Below are positions 1 through 12,600 of a stretch of 64,000 nt of DNA, piece after piece. Numbering within the stretch: position 1 is the stretch's first letter; each line of letters begins with the position of its first letter. The notes under the pieces were generated by a model. That model was not told the origin of the DNA, made no database searches, and worked only from the letters and a program-made list of their open reading frames with translations. The stretch is from an uncultured Acidobacteriota bacterium (lineage in GTDB: Bacteria > Acidobacteriota > Thermoanaerobaculia > Multivoradales > UBA5704): NCBI GenBank assembly GCA_963770895.1, contig CAVYRF010000001.1, positions 608,001 through 672,000 on the forward strand, given 5' to 3'. The translations under genes were made by a program, and so were the position numbers.

Positions 1-3000
1 GCGGCCCCTGGTTGACCACCTGGAAGGCGATCTGCGCCTGGTCGTTGGCGCGCGTCAGCTCCTGCACCTGCTGCTGCGGGTCGACCTGCGCCACCAGGTT
101 CCAGGCGCCGGCGGCGCCGTCGATCGACCCGTCCTGCTGCACGGTCGCGGCGCCGCCCGGCGCGATCGCCGGCACCGCCAGGGCGGTGGCGAGCGCCACC
201 TGCGCGCCGCCCGGCCCGTAGGCGGTGAGCGCCAGGGTGGTGGCCGGCGACGCCGCCGGCCCCTGGTTGTGCACCGTCGCCGTCACCCGCACCGTCTGGC
301 CCGGCAGTGGCGCCACCGGCAGCAGCGCCAGGTCGGCGGCCCCGATCGCCAGGTCGGGCAGGTCGGCCGCCGTGCGATGCACCACGCGCGGCGCCGACAC
401 GGCGCTCAGGTTGCCAGCGGCGTCGCGCGCCGTGGCGGTGAAGCCGTTGTCGCCCAGGACCAGCGGCATCGCCGGCACGGCGAAGCGCCCCGCCGGCGCG
501 ACGCGGAACTCGTCGCCGGCCGCCGCCAGCAGGTAGCCGCCCGGCACCCAGGCCAGGTCCTGCGCCCCCGCCGCCTGGCCGCCGAGCGACGACAGGGTCG
601 CGACCGGCGGCGCCGGCCCGCCGGCGACGTACGGCGTGACCGCGCCCGCCACCAGGCCGGCCGCCGCGACGTATGCCAGGGTGCCGCCGTCGGGCGACAG
701 CTGCGGCAGCAGCGGCCCGCCCTGGACGCTGGTCAGGTCCGCCGTGGCGCCGCTGGCCAGCACCGTCAGCCGCACCTTTTCGCCGCCCGCCGCCTGCGCC
801 TCGGTGTAGACGACGGCGCTGCCGTCCGGCGCGAAGCTCGGCCGGCCCGAGCCGGGGCTGGCCTCGATCAGCGTCGCGGCGTTGGGCGCCGCCACCTGCA
901 CCACCACCAGCCCGGCCGCCCCCGCTCCCGCCCCGCCGGTCCCCGCGGCGCCGTCCGGCGCCGGCCCGACGTAGGCCAGCCACGACCCTTCGGGCGACCA
1001 CACCAGCGTCCCCGGCGTCACCTGCGTCGGATCGATGGCCGCCACCAGCGTCCAGCTGGCCGCCGCCGCGTCCAGCACCCACAGCCCTGCCTGGCCGCCC
1101 TGCGACCCCAGCACCGCCACCCGGTCGTTGTCCGGCGCCGAGGCCAGGCCGTCCGCCCAATCGAGCGCGCCCAGCGTCGCCGTCGCCGCGCCGGCGAAGC
1201 GGTACGACTGGACCGCCGCGCCGCCGCCCGCCGTCACCGCCAGCAGCAGCCCGCGCCCGTCCGCCATCCAGGCCAGGCTCTCCGCCCCGGCGCTCGCCGC
1301 CAGCGCCGAGCTGACCGGTCCGCCCGCGGCGTCGAAGTCGTACACCGTCGCCGAGGACCCCGGCCGGCCCGACGCCGGCAGCAGCAGGTACCGCCCGTCC
1401 GGCGACGGCACCGGCAGCGTCGCGGCGGCCAGCCCGGCGGCGTCGGTCACCGCCGCCGCCGCCAGCGCCTGGGTGCTGGCGACCGCGCCGCCGGCCGCCG
1501 GCGTCACCACCACCGTGGCGCCCGGCTCGGCGCTGCCGGCCAGGTCGGCGTTGTCGTCCGCCGTCTGCAGCCCGAGCGTCGAGATCGCCGGGAACGTCAG
1601 CACCGGCGGCGCCGGCGGCGTGGTGTCCGCCGGCACGCCGCTGGCTTCGTTGGACGGCGCGCTGGCGTTGCCGGCGCCGTCCACCGCCACCACGACGTAG
1701 AAGTAGCGCGTGCCGTTGGTCAGGCCGCCGTCGGTGTCGGGCGATCCCGGCACCGTCGCCACCACCTGGTACGGCCCGCCAGCCGTCGTGCCGCGCTCCA
1801 CCTGGAACGCCGTTCCGGCCGGCGTCCCCGCCGTCCACGCCAATTGCAGCGCGCCGCCCGTCGCCACCGCCGTCACCGTCAGGCCGGACGGCGCCCCCGG
1901 CGCCGTGACGTCGACCGTCACCGCCGCCACGTTGGACGGCACGCTGACGTTGCCCAGCGCGTCCACCACCTGGACCGTGTAGTGCCAGATGCCGTTGGGC
2001 CGCCCGGCGTCGGTGTAGGCGGTGGTGCCGGGATCGACCGTCGCGATCTGCGTGCCTTCGCGCAGCACCAGGTAGCTGGCGACGCCGGGCGAAGCGCTGG
2101 CCGTCCAGGTCAGCCCCACGTCGGCGCCGATCGCCGCGCCCGACAGCGTCACCGGCGCCGGCGGCGTGACGTTGCCGACGCCGACCGTCGCCGGCGCGGA
2201 CGGCTGGCTCTCCAGGCCGAGCTGCCCGACCGCGATCACCTGGTAGCTGTGGGTGCCGTTGGTCGCGGTGTCGGTCGCCGTCGTGGCGGTGGTCAGCGGA
2301 TGCTGGTAGATCCGCATCTCGGCCAGCCACGGCTGGGCCGACGTCGCCACCAGGTGCAGCCGCATCTTCTGCGTCAGGTAGCGCTGCCCGAGCGGCACCA
2401 CCGTGGTGGCGGCGGCGTCGCCGCGCACCGCCGCCAGCGGCACCCACACCCGGCCGTCCCACCCCTGGATGTCGAAGTCGCCGGGGTTCTGCGGCGTGCC
2501 GCCGTCAGGCGCCCAATCCAGCTCCACCCCCGCCACCAGGCGCGTCACCGGCCAGTCGATCTCCAGCCACTGGTTGCTCAGGTCGGGGTCGCTGCCGTAC
2601 TGCGGCACCCAATAGGTCGTCTCGTCGCCGTCGATCGCCGCCGAGGCGTCATCAGCCTGGCCGGCGGCCGGGCTGGACGCCGCCGCCGTCCACGGCGTGT
2701 CGACCGGCACCGGCGCCGGCGCCGGGTTGCCGTCGCGCAGCAGCCGGTAGCCCAGGACGTTGTCCGCCGCCGGGTTGGCGTTCCAGCCGAGCGCCGCCGT
2801 CAGGCCGCTCCCCGGCGTCGCCGTCAGGCCGGTCGGCTGCGACGGCGGATCGGCGGTCAGCACCGGCACCGCCGCCGTCTTGCTGACGTTGCCCGCCGTG
2901 TCGGTGGCGGACACCGTGATCTGGCTGTCGCCGCGCGCGAGCGGCACCGCCGCGAAGTTGAAGTTGCCGCCTGGATCGGCGGTCACCGCCGCCAGCGGCG

Positions 3001-6000
3001 TGGTGCCGCCGCCGGTCAGCGCCACGCTGCCGCCCACCTGCGCCCCTGCCGCGGCGTTGCCGCCGGCGAGCGCCGTCGCCGTGGCGCTGGTCGGCGTGTA
3101 GGGCTGCACCAGGACCGGCGTGTAGACCACCGCCGCGGCCGGCCCCGCCGGCGCCGAGGCGTTGCCCGCCTGGTTGACCGCGGTGACCGTGTAGGCGTAG
3201 GTGCCGTCGGCCACGCCGGTATCGGCGAAGGTGGTGCCGGCGAGCGGCGTCGCCGCCACGTGCGCCACCGTGCCGTCGGCCGCCGTGCGGTCGACCAGGT
3301 AGCCCGCCAGGTCGGCGGGCACCGGCGTCCCGGCGGTCCAGGTCAGCGTCACCGTGCCGCCCGCCACCAGTGCCACGAGCGCGGTCGGCGCCGGCGGCTG
3401 CTCCAGGTTCTTGCGCGTCACCGCGATCGGCGTCGGCGCCGGATCGGTGCGCCCGCCGGCGTCGGTCGCCACCGCCTGGATCATGTAGTTGCCGTAGGCG
3501 ACGGTGGTGCCGTCCCACACCGTCTCCCAGGGCGGCGAGGCCACCGGCGCGCCCAGGTTGTTCCACCCGGTCGCCCCCGCCGGCTGCCACTGGAACTGCA
3601 CGCTGACCACGTCCAGGTCCGGCGTCGTGCCGACGATCTGCAGGCTGTTCTGGAACAGCGCCCCCGCCGCCGGCTGGGTGATGACGACGTGCGGCGGGTG
3701 GTTGTCCAGCGTCGCCTGCGCCGGCGCCGACGGCGCGCTCTGGTTGCCGGCGGTGTCGACGGCGTAGACGACGTAGGTGAAGGTGCCGTCGGGCAGCGCC
3801 TGGTCGTTGAAGGACGGGCTGGTCAGCAGGTACGGCGTCAGGTCGCCGAGCACCGTGCCGGTGGCGTTGGCCAGCTTGCCGTTGCGGTACAGCAGGTAGC
3901 CGGCCAGGTCGCTTTCGCTGTTGGCGTTCCACGCCACCTGGATGTTGCTCCCCGATGGCGTGGCGGTCAGTCCGGTGGGCGCCGCCGGCGGCGTGTTGTC
4001 GGTCGTCACCGTCACCTGCGCGGTGGCGGTGTTGCCGGACACGTCTTCGACCACCAGCTTGAGGGTGAACGACGACCCGTCGGGCAGCGCCGTGGTGTCC
4101 CACTCCGCCAGCTCCGCTCCCAGCACCGGCACCGGCGACGTGCGCAGCAGCTGCTGCGAGCCGCTGCCGTCGTTGCCCAGGGCGTAGACGCTGTACTGCT
4201 TGAAGCCGGTCGTCTTGCTCGCGGTGCCGACGATGCTCACCAGGCCGCCGGCGTGGCCGCCGTTGCGCGGCTTCGAGATCAGCGCCACCGGCATCGACAG
4301 GTCGACCGTGGCGTCGGCCGGGGCGGACGGCGCGCTGGCCAGCCCCGCCTGGTCGACGGCCACCACGGTGTAGACGTAGGTGCCCTGCGGCACGCCGGCG
4401 TCGTCGTACGACAGGGTGGTGACCAACTGCTGCGGATCGAGCAGCACGCCGTTGCGATAGACCCGGTAGCCGGCGATCGCCACCACGTCGCCGCCGCTGC
4501 CGGGCCCGCCCGGGCTCGCCAGCCACGACAGCTGGACGGTCTGCTGGTCGACCTGCGCCGCAAGCCCCTGCGGCGCCGCCGGCGGCTGGGTGTGCACGGT
4601 GACCTGCACCATCGCCTGCGACTGGTTGCCGGCCTTGTCGGTCGCGGTCAGCCGCAGCGTCGCCACGCCGTCGGGCGGCAGCGCCATCCACTGCGCCAGC
4701 AGGCCGGCGTTGACCGGGCTGGCGCCCACGCCGACGGTCGAGAACTGCTGCGACGACCCCTTGGGGCCCGGCGCCACCGCCAGCGTGTACTGCAGCAGGT
4801 TGGCGTCCTGCACGGTGCCGAAGACGTTCATCGGCCCGGTCACGTAGCTGCCGTCGGCGGGCAGGGTGATGCCCACCGCCGGCGGCGTGTTGTCGACGGT
4901 CACCGCCACCTGCGCCTGGCCGGTCTGCCCCGCCAGGTCCTGCGCGTAAAGCCGCAGCGTGTAGGCGCCGTCCGGCACCCCCGAAGGCGTCCAGGCCACC
5001 GCCGGCGACGGCACCGGCAGCGTCGTGCCGCTGCCGAGCGTGGTCCAGCCGCCGGGCTGCGCGCCGGCGCCCAGCTGCACCTGCCAGCTCTGGATGTGGG
5101 CTTCGACGACGCTGCCGGTGACCGCCAGCGGCCCGCCCACCGCGCCCACCACCGACCCGGCGGCCGGCGCGGTCAGCGTCGCCACCGGCGGCGTCGAATC
5201 GATGGTGAAGGGAATGATCTGCTCGACCTGGATCTGGCCGGCGTCGGCCGCGTCGACCTTCAGGGCGTAGCTGCCTTCCGCCAGGCCCGCCAGGCTGCCG
5301 AGCGGCGCCGCCACGACGTTGGACGTGCCGCTGGCGATCTGCGTCCACGCCGGCGCCTGTGGCGTGGCGGTGATCGACACGCTCCAGCTCGCCAGGTGGA
5401 CGTCGGTGATGCTGCCCAGGATGCTGCCGGTCGGCGTGACGTAGCCGCCGCTCGTCGGGCGCGTCACCACCACCGCCGGCGGCGTGCGGTCCAGCACCAC
5501 CGAGATCGTCTGGGTTTCGGCAAACGCCGAGTTGGCCGTCGCCGCCGCCACCAGCACGACGTTGTAGGTGCCGTCCGCGGCCGGCTGGCCGCCGTCCGTG
5601 GTGCCGTCCCAGCTGGCGGCGGCCGCCCCGGCCGCTTCGCCGGCGCCGCTGAGCAGCGTGCGCACCGGGTTGCCGCTCGTATCCTTGACGAGCAGCGCGA
5701 CGGTGGCGGGCACCCCCAGCCCGAAGGTGATCGCGGCCGTGTCCAGGCGCCCGTCGCCGTTGGGCGAGAACAGGTGCGGCTGGGCGGCGATGTCGGTGAT
5801 CAGGTCGACCGCGTTGGCGATGGCGAGCGGCACCACCACCTGCGACGTGTTGCCGCCCAGGTCGGTGGCGCGCAGCCGCAGCAGGTAGGATCCCGACAGG
5901 CCGAAGGTGTTCCAGGCGCCCAGGAAGTCGTGGTTCACGTTGCTGTTGCCGGTGGCGATGACGGCGAAGTTGGCGGGGGCGCTGGCGGCGGCGTAGTCGA

Positions 6001-9000
6001 GCACCCAATTGGCGATGTACAGGTCGGTGACCAGCCCCTGGACCTGGATCACCAGCGGCAGCGGATCGGTCGTCTGCGGGAAATCGATCGCCACCTGCGG
6101 CGGCGTGGTGTCCACCGCGACGCACTGCGCCACCTGCGCTACGTTGCCGCAGGAATCGTCGGTGAAGCTGGCGACGAACCGGTACAGGCCATCCGCCACC
6201 GGCGTCCCCGTGTTGTCCATTCCGTCCCAGGTCAACGGCACCGGGGTCGACGCCACGGCGATCCCCGAGGCCAGCTGGCGCAACGGGCCGCCGTTGTTCA
6301 GGCAGTCGCCGTTGGAATCGATGGTCGCCGGATAGACTGTCAGGTTCACGTGCGTCGGCTCGCCCGCCTGCAAGCTGATCCCGTCGGTGTCCAGCACGCC
6401 ATCCTTGTTGGGCGAGAACACGGCCGGCGCCACGGTCAGCATCGGCTGGTCGACCGAAGCGTCGACGGTGAACGTCGTGGTGGTGCACTCGGTGTAGCCG
6501 CTGGCGTTGGCGATGCCCAGCTCCAGCGTCATCGGGCCGCTCATGTTGCACACGTTGCCCACGGCGCCGGCGGCCAGGGGCACCGAGAAAGCGCAGAGCC
6601 CGGGTGAACCGGTCACCGGCACGTTCAGCGCCATCGGTACCGCCGACCCGTGGTTCTCGTAGCCGTTGGAATAGAGCGCCCAGGAGGTTGCGCCGCTGAC
6701 GTTGCCGAAGATATTGACGACGCCGTTGACGCCGCACACCGTCTGCCCAGCCAGCGGGCTGGTGATGCTCGCCACCGGCGGGGTATTGGAGACGGCCAAG
6801 CTGACCTGCGCCTGGCCGGTCTGGCCCTTGATGTTGGTCACCACGGCGGTGTACGTGACCTGCCCCACCGGCAGCTGGGCCAGGTCGAAGTTGTAGCGGT
6901 ACACGGTGCCGGCCTGCGGGTTGTTGACGGTGTAGAGCAGACCACCGGGGCCGTTGAGCGCCAGCTGCAGCAGCGGCGAGCCGTCCAGGCTCTCGGGGAC
7001 CAGGTCCATCACCCGCGCCGTCGGCAGCCGCTGGCCGCAGGCCGCCGGCGCCCCGATGAGCTCCACACTGGCCTTCACCTGCGTGCAGCTCTCGCCGCCG
7101 ATGACGCCGTCCACCACCAGCGTCGGCGCCGACACCATGCCGGTCAGCGGGTCGACCTGCGGCACCGCCTGCGCCACGAAATGCAGGTTGTACTGCGTGC
7201 AAGGCTGCCAGTCGGGGGAGGTGAAGACGAAGTTGGTGCCGTCGCCCGCCACCGCCTCGAACGAGCGCGGCGTGTTGTAGTGCAGGTCCTGGCTGCTCTG
7301 CATGGTGAGCACCATGCTTGACATCGGTCCCGGATAGATCGCGGTGGCGACGATCACCGGGTCGGTGGGCGGCGCCAGTCCGGCCGCCTGGATGAGATTG
7401 GCGACTTGCGGCGTCACGCCGGTCGTATTGCCGCCGATCAGAGACTGGTACGCGATGCCGTTGCCGAGGATCTGGATCAGCGGCGTCGAGGTGTAGACGT
7501 TGCCCTGGGCGTCGACGACCCGCACGCGCACCGCGGTTGGCACGCCCGGCGTCAGGTTGCCCTGGTCCCAATCGATCTCGAAGCGGAAGTCGGGGACCGC
7601 GGCCTGGCCGGCGTTCGATCCCGGCTGGTAGTAGGTGGTGATCTGCTCGGGCACCCAGCTCGCGGACTGCACCTGGCTCAAGTCCGGCACGCCGTTGACC
7701 AGCGGCACCTGCTGGGTGTCGACGAACACCTGGACCAGCGGCGCAACGATGGTTTCGGTCAGCTGGATGCGGGTCAGGGCGCGCTGCAGGTTCTTGTTGA
7801 TCTGCGTCGCGCAGCCGGTGGTGATCGGCACCAGCAGGCCGGTTACGGGATCGAAGCTCTCAGCGGCGAGGCCGCTCAGGAAGATCTCCTGCGGCCCCGG
7901 TCCCAGCACCTTTTCCGTGGTGTTGCCCGCCGCGTCGGTGGCCCTGAAGCGGAAGCTCATGTCGACGTACTGCGCGGCGGTCAGCGTGCCGGAGTCGATC
8001 GGCGTCCAGGTGAAAGGATCGGGGCCGGCGCCGGTTTCCAGCGCGTGCGACACGATCGGAACCTGGTCATACATCGGCGATAGCTTCCCCGTCGGCACTT
8101 CGGCGCTGGCGGTGGCCAGCAGCACCGGCGCGAACCCGCCGGCTTTGGCGCAGTCGAGCGAGCCGCCGATGGCGAGCGTCACCGTCGGCGGCGTATCCAG
8201 GACGGTGATAGGGAAGGTGTAGCCCTGCACCTCCATGGTGTACTCGCCGTCGGGCACCACCTCGCCGCCGTCGTCGCGGCCGTCCCAGGGGATGTCCACG
8301 GCGGCGGCCTCGGCCTGATCGACGCTGATCGTGCGCACCAGGGTGCCCTGGCCGTTGGTGAAGTGGAAGTCCAGGTGCACCGGCTGCAGCACCTGGAAGT
8401 GGATGTCGGCGGTGTCCTGAATCCCGTCGCCGTTGGGCGAGATGTAAGGCGGCGTCAGGCTGACGTTGGAGATCGTCGGCGAAGAGTTGGAGATCACCTG
8501 CTGGACGCTCGTGGCGCTGTTGCCCGCCAGGTCCTGCGCCGTCAGCCGCAGCAGCCAGGTGCCGGCTCCGGGCGGTGCCCAGGTGGTGAACTGCCCGTCG
8601 ATCAAAGGCGTCGCCACGGGCGGTCCCAGCGGCGTCCAGCTGGATGCCGCGGCGGCGTTGGCGTAGTCGAACTGGTAGCGGGCGAAGTTGAGATCGACCG
8701 CCGTGCCCTCGGCGACGTAGCCGGGCTCGGCCGGCACCTGCCGCAGCCGCAGGTCGGCGGTCAGGTTCATCAGCGAGCTGAGCGACCAGGTGAAGCGGCC
8801 GGGCGCCACGCACCCGCCCTGCGTGTTCTGATCGGCATAGGTGAACTGCATGTAGCGGCCGTAGGGCGAGAAGCCGGTGATGTTGACTCCCGGCAGCTGC
8901 GGCAGGATGGCGACGGGCGTGCCGATGGTGGCGGCGGCTGCGGTGCCGCCGGCGGCGTTGCTCGCCGCGCCCGGGCCCGTCACGGCGCTGACGTCCACCG

Positions 9001-9655
9001 CGTACGAACCTTCGACGTTGCCCAGCTCGCCGCTGATCGCCAGCGCGTACTGGTACGGCGCCCAAGTGGCGCTCAGGCTGTACAGCGGCACCTGCACCGC
9101 GCTGTCGCGCTGGCTCGCGCTGGTTGCCCTGGCGGCGCGGGGGCGCTCCTGCGCCGCTGCCGGCGTGGTGCGCGCCGCGCCGCCGCCGGTGCTGGTGCCG
9201 GTTGCTCCGCTCCCGCCGCCCGCCGCCGGCACCCTGATCCCATCGCCCTCGGCGGCTTCGAGCAGCAGGCGCAGCTGGCGGCGGCGCGGCACCCGCTGCC
9301 AGGTCACCTCCATCTCGGCGTCGTGGAAGTCGATCGGCTGGGCGCCGCGCGCCGCGCCGGCGAGCGCCGCCCGCAGGTCGCGGCCGTCGTCCAGGCGGCG
9401 GGCGGCGCTGGGCCGCAGCCGCAGGTTGCCGCCGCCGCCGCCGCCGCCGCCGACACCGAGCGCCACGCTGCCCACCCGCGCGGCGGCGCCGCCCACCTGG
9501 CGGATGCGCACGCGGTAGGTGCCGGCGGCGTCGGGCAGGAAGCGGCTCAGGTCCAGGGCGCGCTCGCCCAGGTCGGGGCTGTGATGCAGCACGCCGCGCT
9601 CCACCCAGTCGTGGCCGTCCCAGGTCGAGACGTGGAACGAAATGCAGGGGATCGC
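1..9655 (-). CDS. C-terminal part (>3,200 aa, runs off the window) of the giant secreted protein: FlgD-Ig-like, Ig/Big, fibronectin III, discoidin-like, beta-propeller and CARDB domains
   Basis: This frame is absent from the ORF track, consistent with no stop before base 1. The same frame was confirmed at 9604, 5887 and 220. Motifs include ISPNGDGIQDTADIHF, FSPNKDGVLDT, FSPNGDGRLDT, DNTPPAAPTGL and AIDGDETTYW. Confidence 0.85.
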
Positions 9656-12600
9656 CCCCCGGGTATGCCGCGAACGACCGTCGTGATCGTGCCGGTCGCC
9701 AGGTCGAAGGTGTAGACGTCGGCCCACGAGTAGCAGCCGATGCTGTACCCCGCGACCACCGCCAGGGCGTCGCCGGCCCAGGACCACTGCGGCGTGTCGG
9801 CGCGGGGGCTCAGCGCCGCAATGCCGTCGAGCGTCGGCGGCACGTCCTGCGGCACCGTGAGGGTGCGCTGGACGGAGCCGTCGCGGCCGATCAGCTCGAT
9901 GGTGTTGGCGATCCCGTTGCCGTCTTCCACCGTCGCGGCCGCCTGGGAGCCGTCCGGCGACCAGGAGAACTCGGAGCTGACGGAGGTCGCGGTCGCGATC
10001 GGTACGGCGCCGCCGTGCGCCAGGTCGACCAGCACCCAGTCGAAGTTGAAGCCGGTGGGGTCGTTCAGGGGCACCAGCGCCAGCTGGCGGTCGGGGGAAA
10101 CCTGAACCTGGTCCCACTCCGCATTGGAAAGGTTTTGCGCCAGCACGCGCGGCGTGCCGCCGCCGACCGGCACCGCCAGGATGTTCGAGCTGGTGTAGTC
10201 GAACAGCACGACGCTGCCGCCGTCGCCGGTGAAGGTGATCAGGCCGCCGGGGCCGTAGAGGTGCGCCGCCGGCGCGCTGCCGCTGACCGGCGCCGTCCAC
10301 AGGTCGCCGGGATTGTCGTTGGGCGGCGCGCTGTCGAAGGCGATGCTCGAGCCGTCCGGCGATGCCGCCAGCATCGTCGGGACGTTGGCGCCGAAGAAGG
10401 CCGCCGGCACGATCTGCTGCACGCCGCCGCCCAGCGGCGTCATCTGGTAGACGCCCGTCGCCCACTGCGGGTAGTAGGGATCGGTGTACTGGAAGAAGAA
10501 CAGCGCCTGCTCGTCCGGGCTCCACCGCAGCCGAGTGCCCGGCTGGAGCGGGCACGACAGGTTGGTGACGGCGGCGTACTGGGTGCCCAGCGCCGCCAGC
10601 AGCGGCGACCGGTTGGTGTCGACCGTCGCCGTCGCCTGCCCCTGCACCGCACCGCCCGCGGCCACCACCTGCAGGCTATAGTCGCCGTCTCCCACCACGA
10701 TGCCGCGGTCGTCCCTGCCGTCCCACACGAAGCTGCCGCCGGCGACGTTGGTGTAGGCGCTGGCCGCGGCGGTGCGCACCACGGCCCCGGCGCCGTTGAG
10801 CACCTGAATGCTCACGGTCATCGTGCCGCCCAGGCGGAAATCGAATTCGGTGGTGTCCTGCACGCCGTCGCCGTTGGGCGAAAAATAGCGGTTGGACACC
10901 ACGAAATCGCCCTGCTCGACGGTGATCGCCAGGCTCGCTTCGTTGTTGGCCTTGCTCGACTCGACCACCGCGTTGTTGGGATCGACGATGACGTAGAGCG
11001 TGCGCGTGCTGGCCCCGGCGGCCAGGGTCCAGCCGATCGTCGCCACGGCGTTGCCGCCGGCGGCCAGCTGCGGGATGGTGGCGGTGCCCACCGCCGCGCC
11101 GCCCTGCGCCGGATCGCCGTCCCAGGCTTCGACCAGCAGGTTGGCGATCGGCTGCTGCCCCAGGTTCTGCACCGTGACGGCCAGGGCGACCGGCAGGCCC
11201 GGCGCCGGGAAGGCCGGCTGCAGCACCAGCGACGCGCCGCTGATCGCGGCGTCGGGCAGCGACAGCACCTGCACCACCAGGAAGGTCGACAGCGCGGCGC
11301 GGCTGAACAGGCCGCTCTGCTGCGAGTTGGGATCCACCACCACGTAGATCAGGTGGCTGCCGGGGCCGCTGATCGTCGCCTCGCTGGCCACGACCGTCGC
11401 GGTGGAACCGGCGGCCAGGTCGGCGATCGTCTGCAGCGATCCCAGCAGCGGCGCCCCCTGCGCCGGGTCGCCGTCGTAGAAGGCCACCTGCAGGTTGGTC
11501 ACGTCCTGGCCGCCGGTGTTGTGCACCACGGCCGTGGCGGTGAACGGCTGGCCCGCGAGGCCCGGATTGGGGGAGACCGTCAGGTCGCCGCGGCCGACGC
11601 TGAGGTCGGCCTGCTGGATGGCGGTGGCGGTGAAGGCCAGCGACGCCTGGTTGTTGGCGCGGTTGCTGTCCTCGATCGCGCCCTGCGGGTCGATGGCGAC
11701 GGTGAAGGTCAGGCTGCCCGTCAGGTCCACCTGCCAGGTCACGCTGTCCTGGACGCTGGCGCCCGCCGCCAGGGTGGCGACACCCGCGGGCAGCGTCTCG
11801 GTCGTGGTGCCGTCGCTCACCGTGTAGCGCACGGCGGCGGTCGGCGCGTCCACCGTGCCCAGGTTGTGCAGGGTGACCTGGAACGTCGCCTTCTGGCCCA
11901 GGTAGGCGGCGCCGGCAAGCGTGATGTCCGCCGGGGTCACCGCCAGGTCGATCACCGCCGCGGTGGTGACGCTGACGCTGGCGCTGTTGTTGCTGCGGTC
12001 GACGTCGCCCAGCAGGCGGTCGGGGTCGGCGACGACGGTCAGCACCGTGGTGCCCGGCGTGTTGAGCGTGTAGGTGAAGTTGGCCACCGCGCTGGAGCGG
12101 TTCGGCACGTCCAGCACCACGTCGCCGACCGCGGTGCCGCCGGCCCCCGGCACGCCGACGTACAGCCGCACGTCGACGGTGGGAGCGTCGGTCTGGCCGG
12201 CGTTGCGCACGATCGCCGAAATGGCCAGCCCCGCCGGCAGGCTGGCGGGGTGCGACGGGCTGACGGAGATGTCCGAGCTGCTCACCCCCAGGTCGATGCC
12301 CACCGGCGCCGGCGCCACGGTGATGGCGAGCGAGGTCTGGTTGTCGGTCTTGGTCACCTCGGTGACCAGGTTGTCGGGGTCGATCACCGCCACCAGGTCG
12401 TGGCTGCCCGCCGCGCCGGTCGTGTCCCACACCGCCGTCAGCACCGCGCTCTGGGTCGGCGGCAGCGGCGGGATCGCCACGTCGGGACCGATCGCCCTGC
12501 CGCCGGCGGCCGGGTCGCCGTCGTAGACCCGCAGCACTCCCGCCGGAGCGGCGCTGTTGCCGTTGGACAGCACGGTGACGGTGAGCGTCACCTTGTCGCC

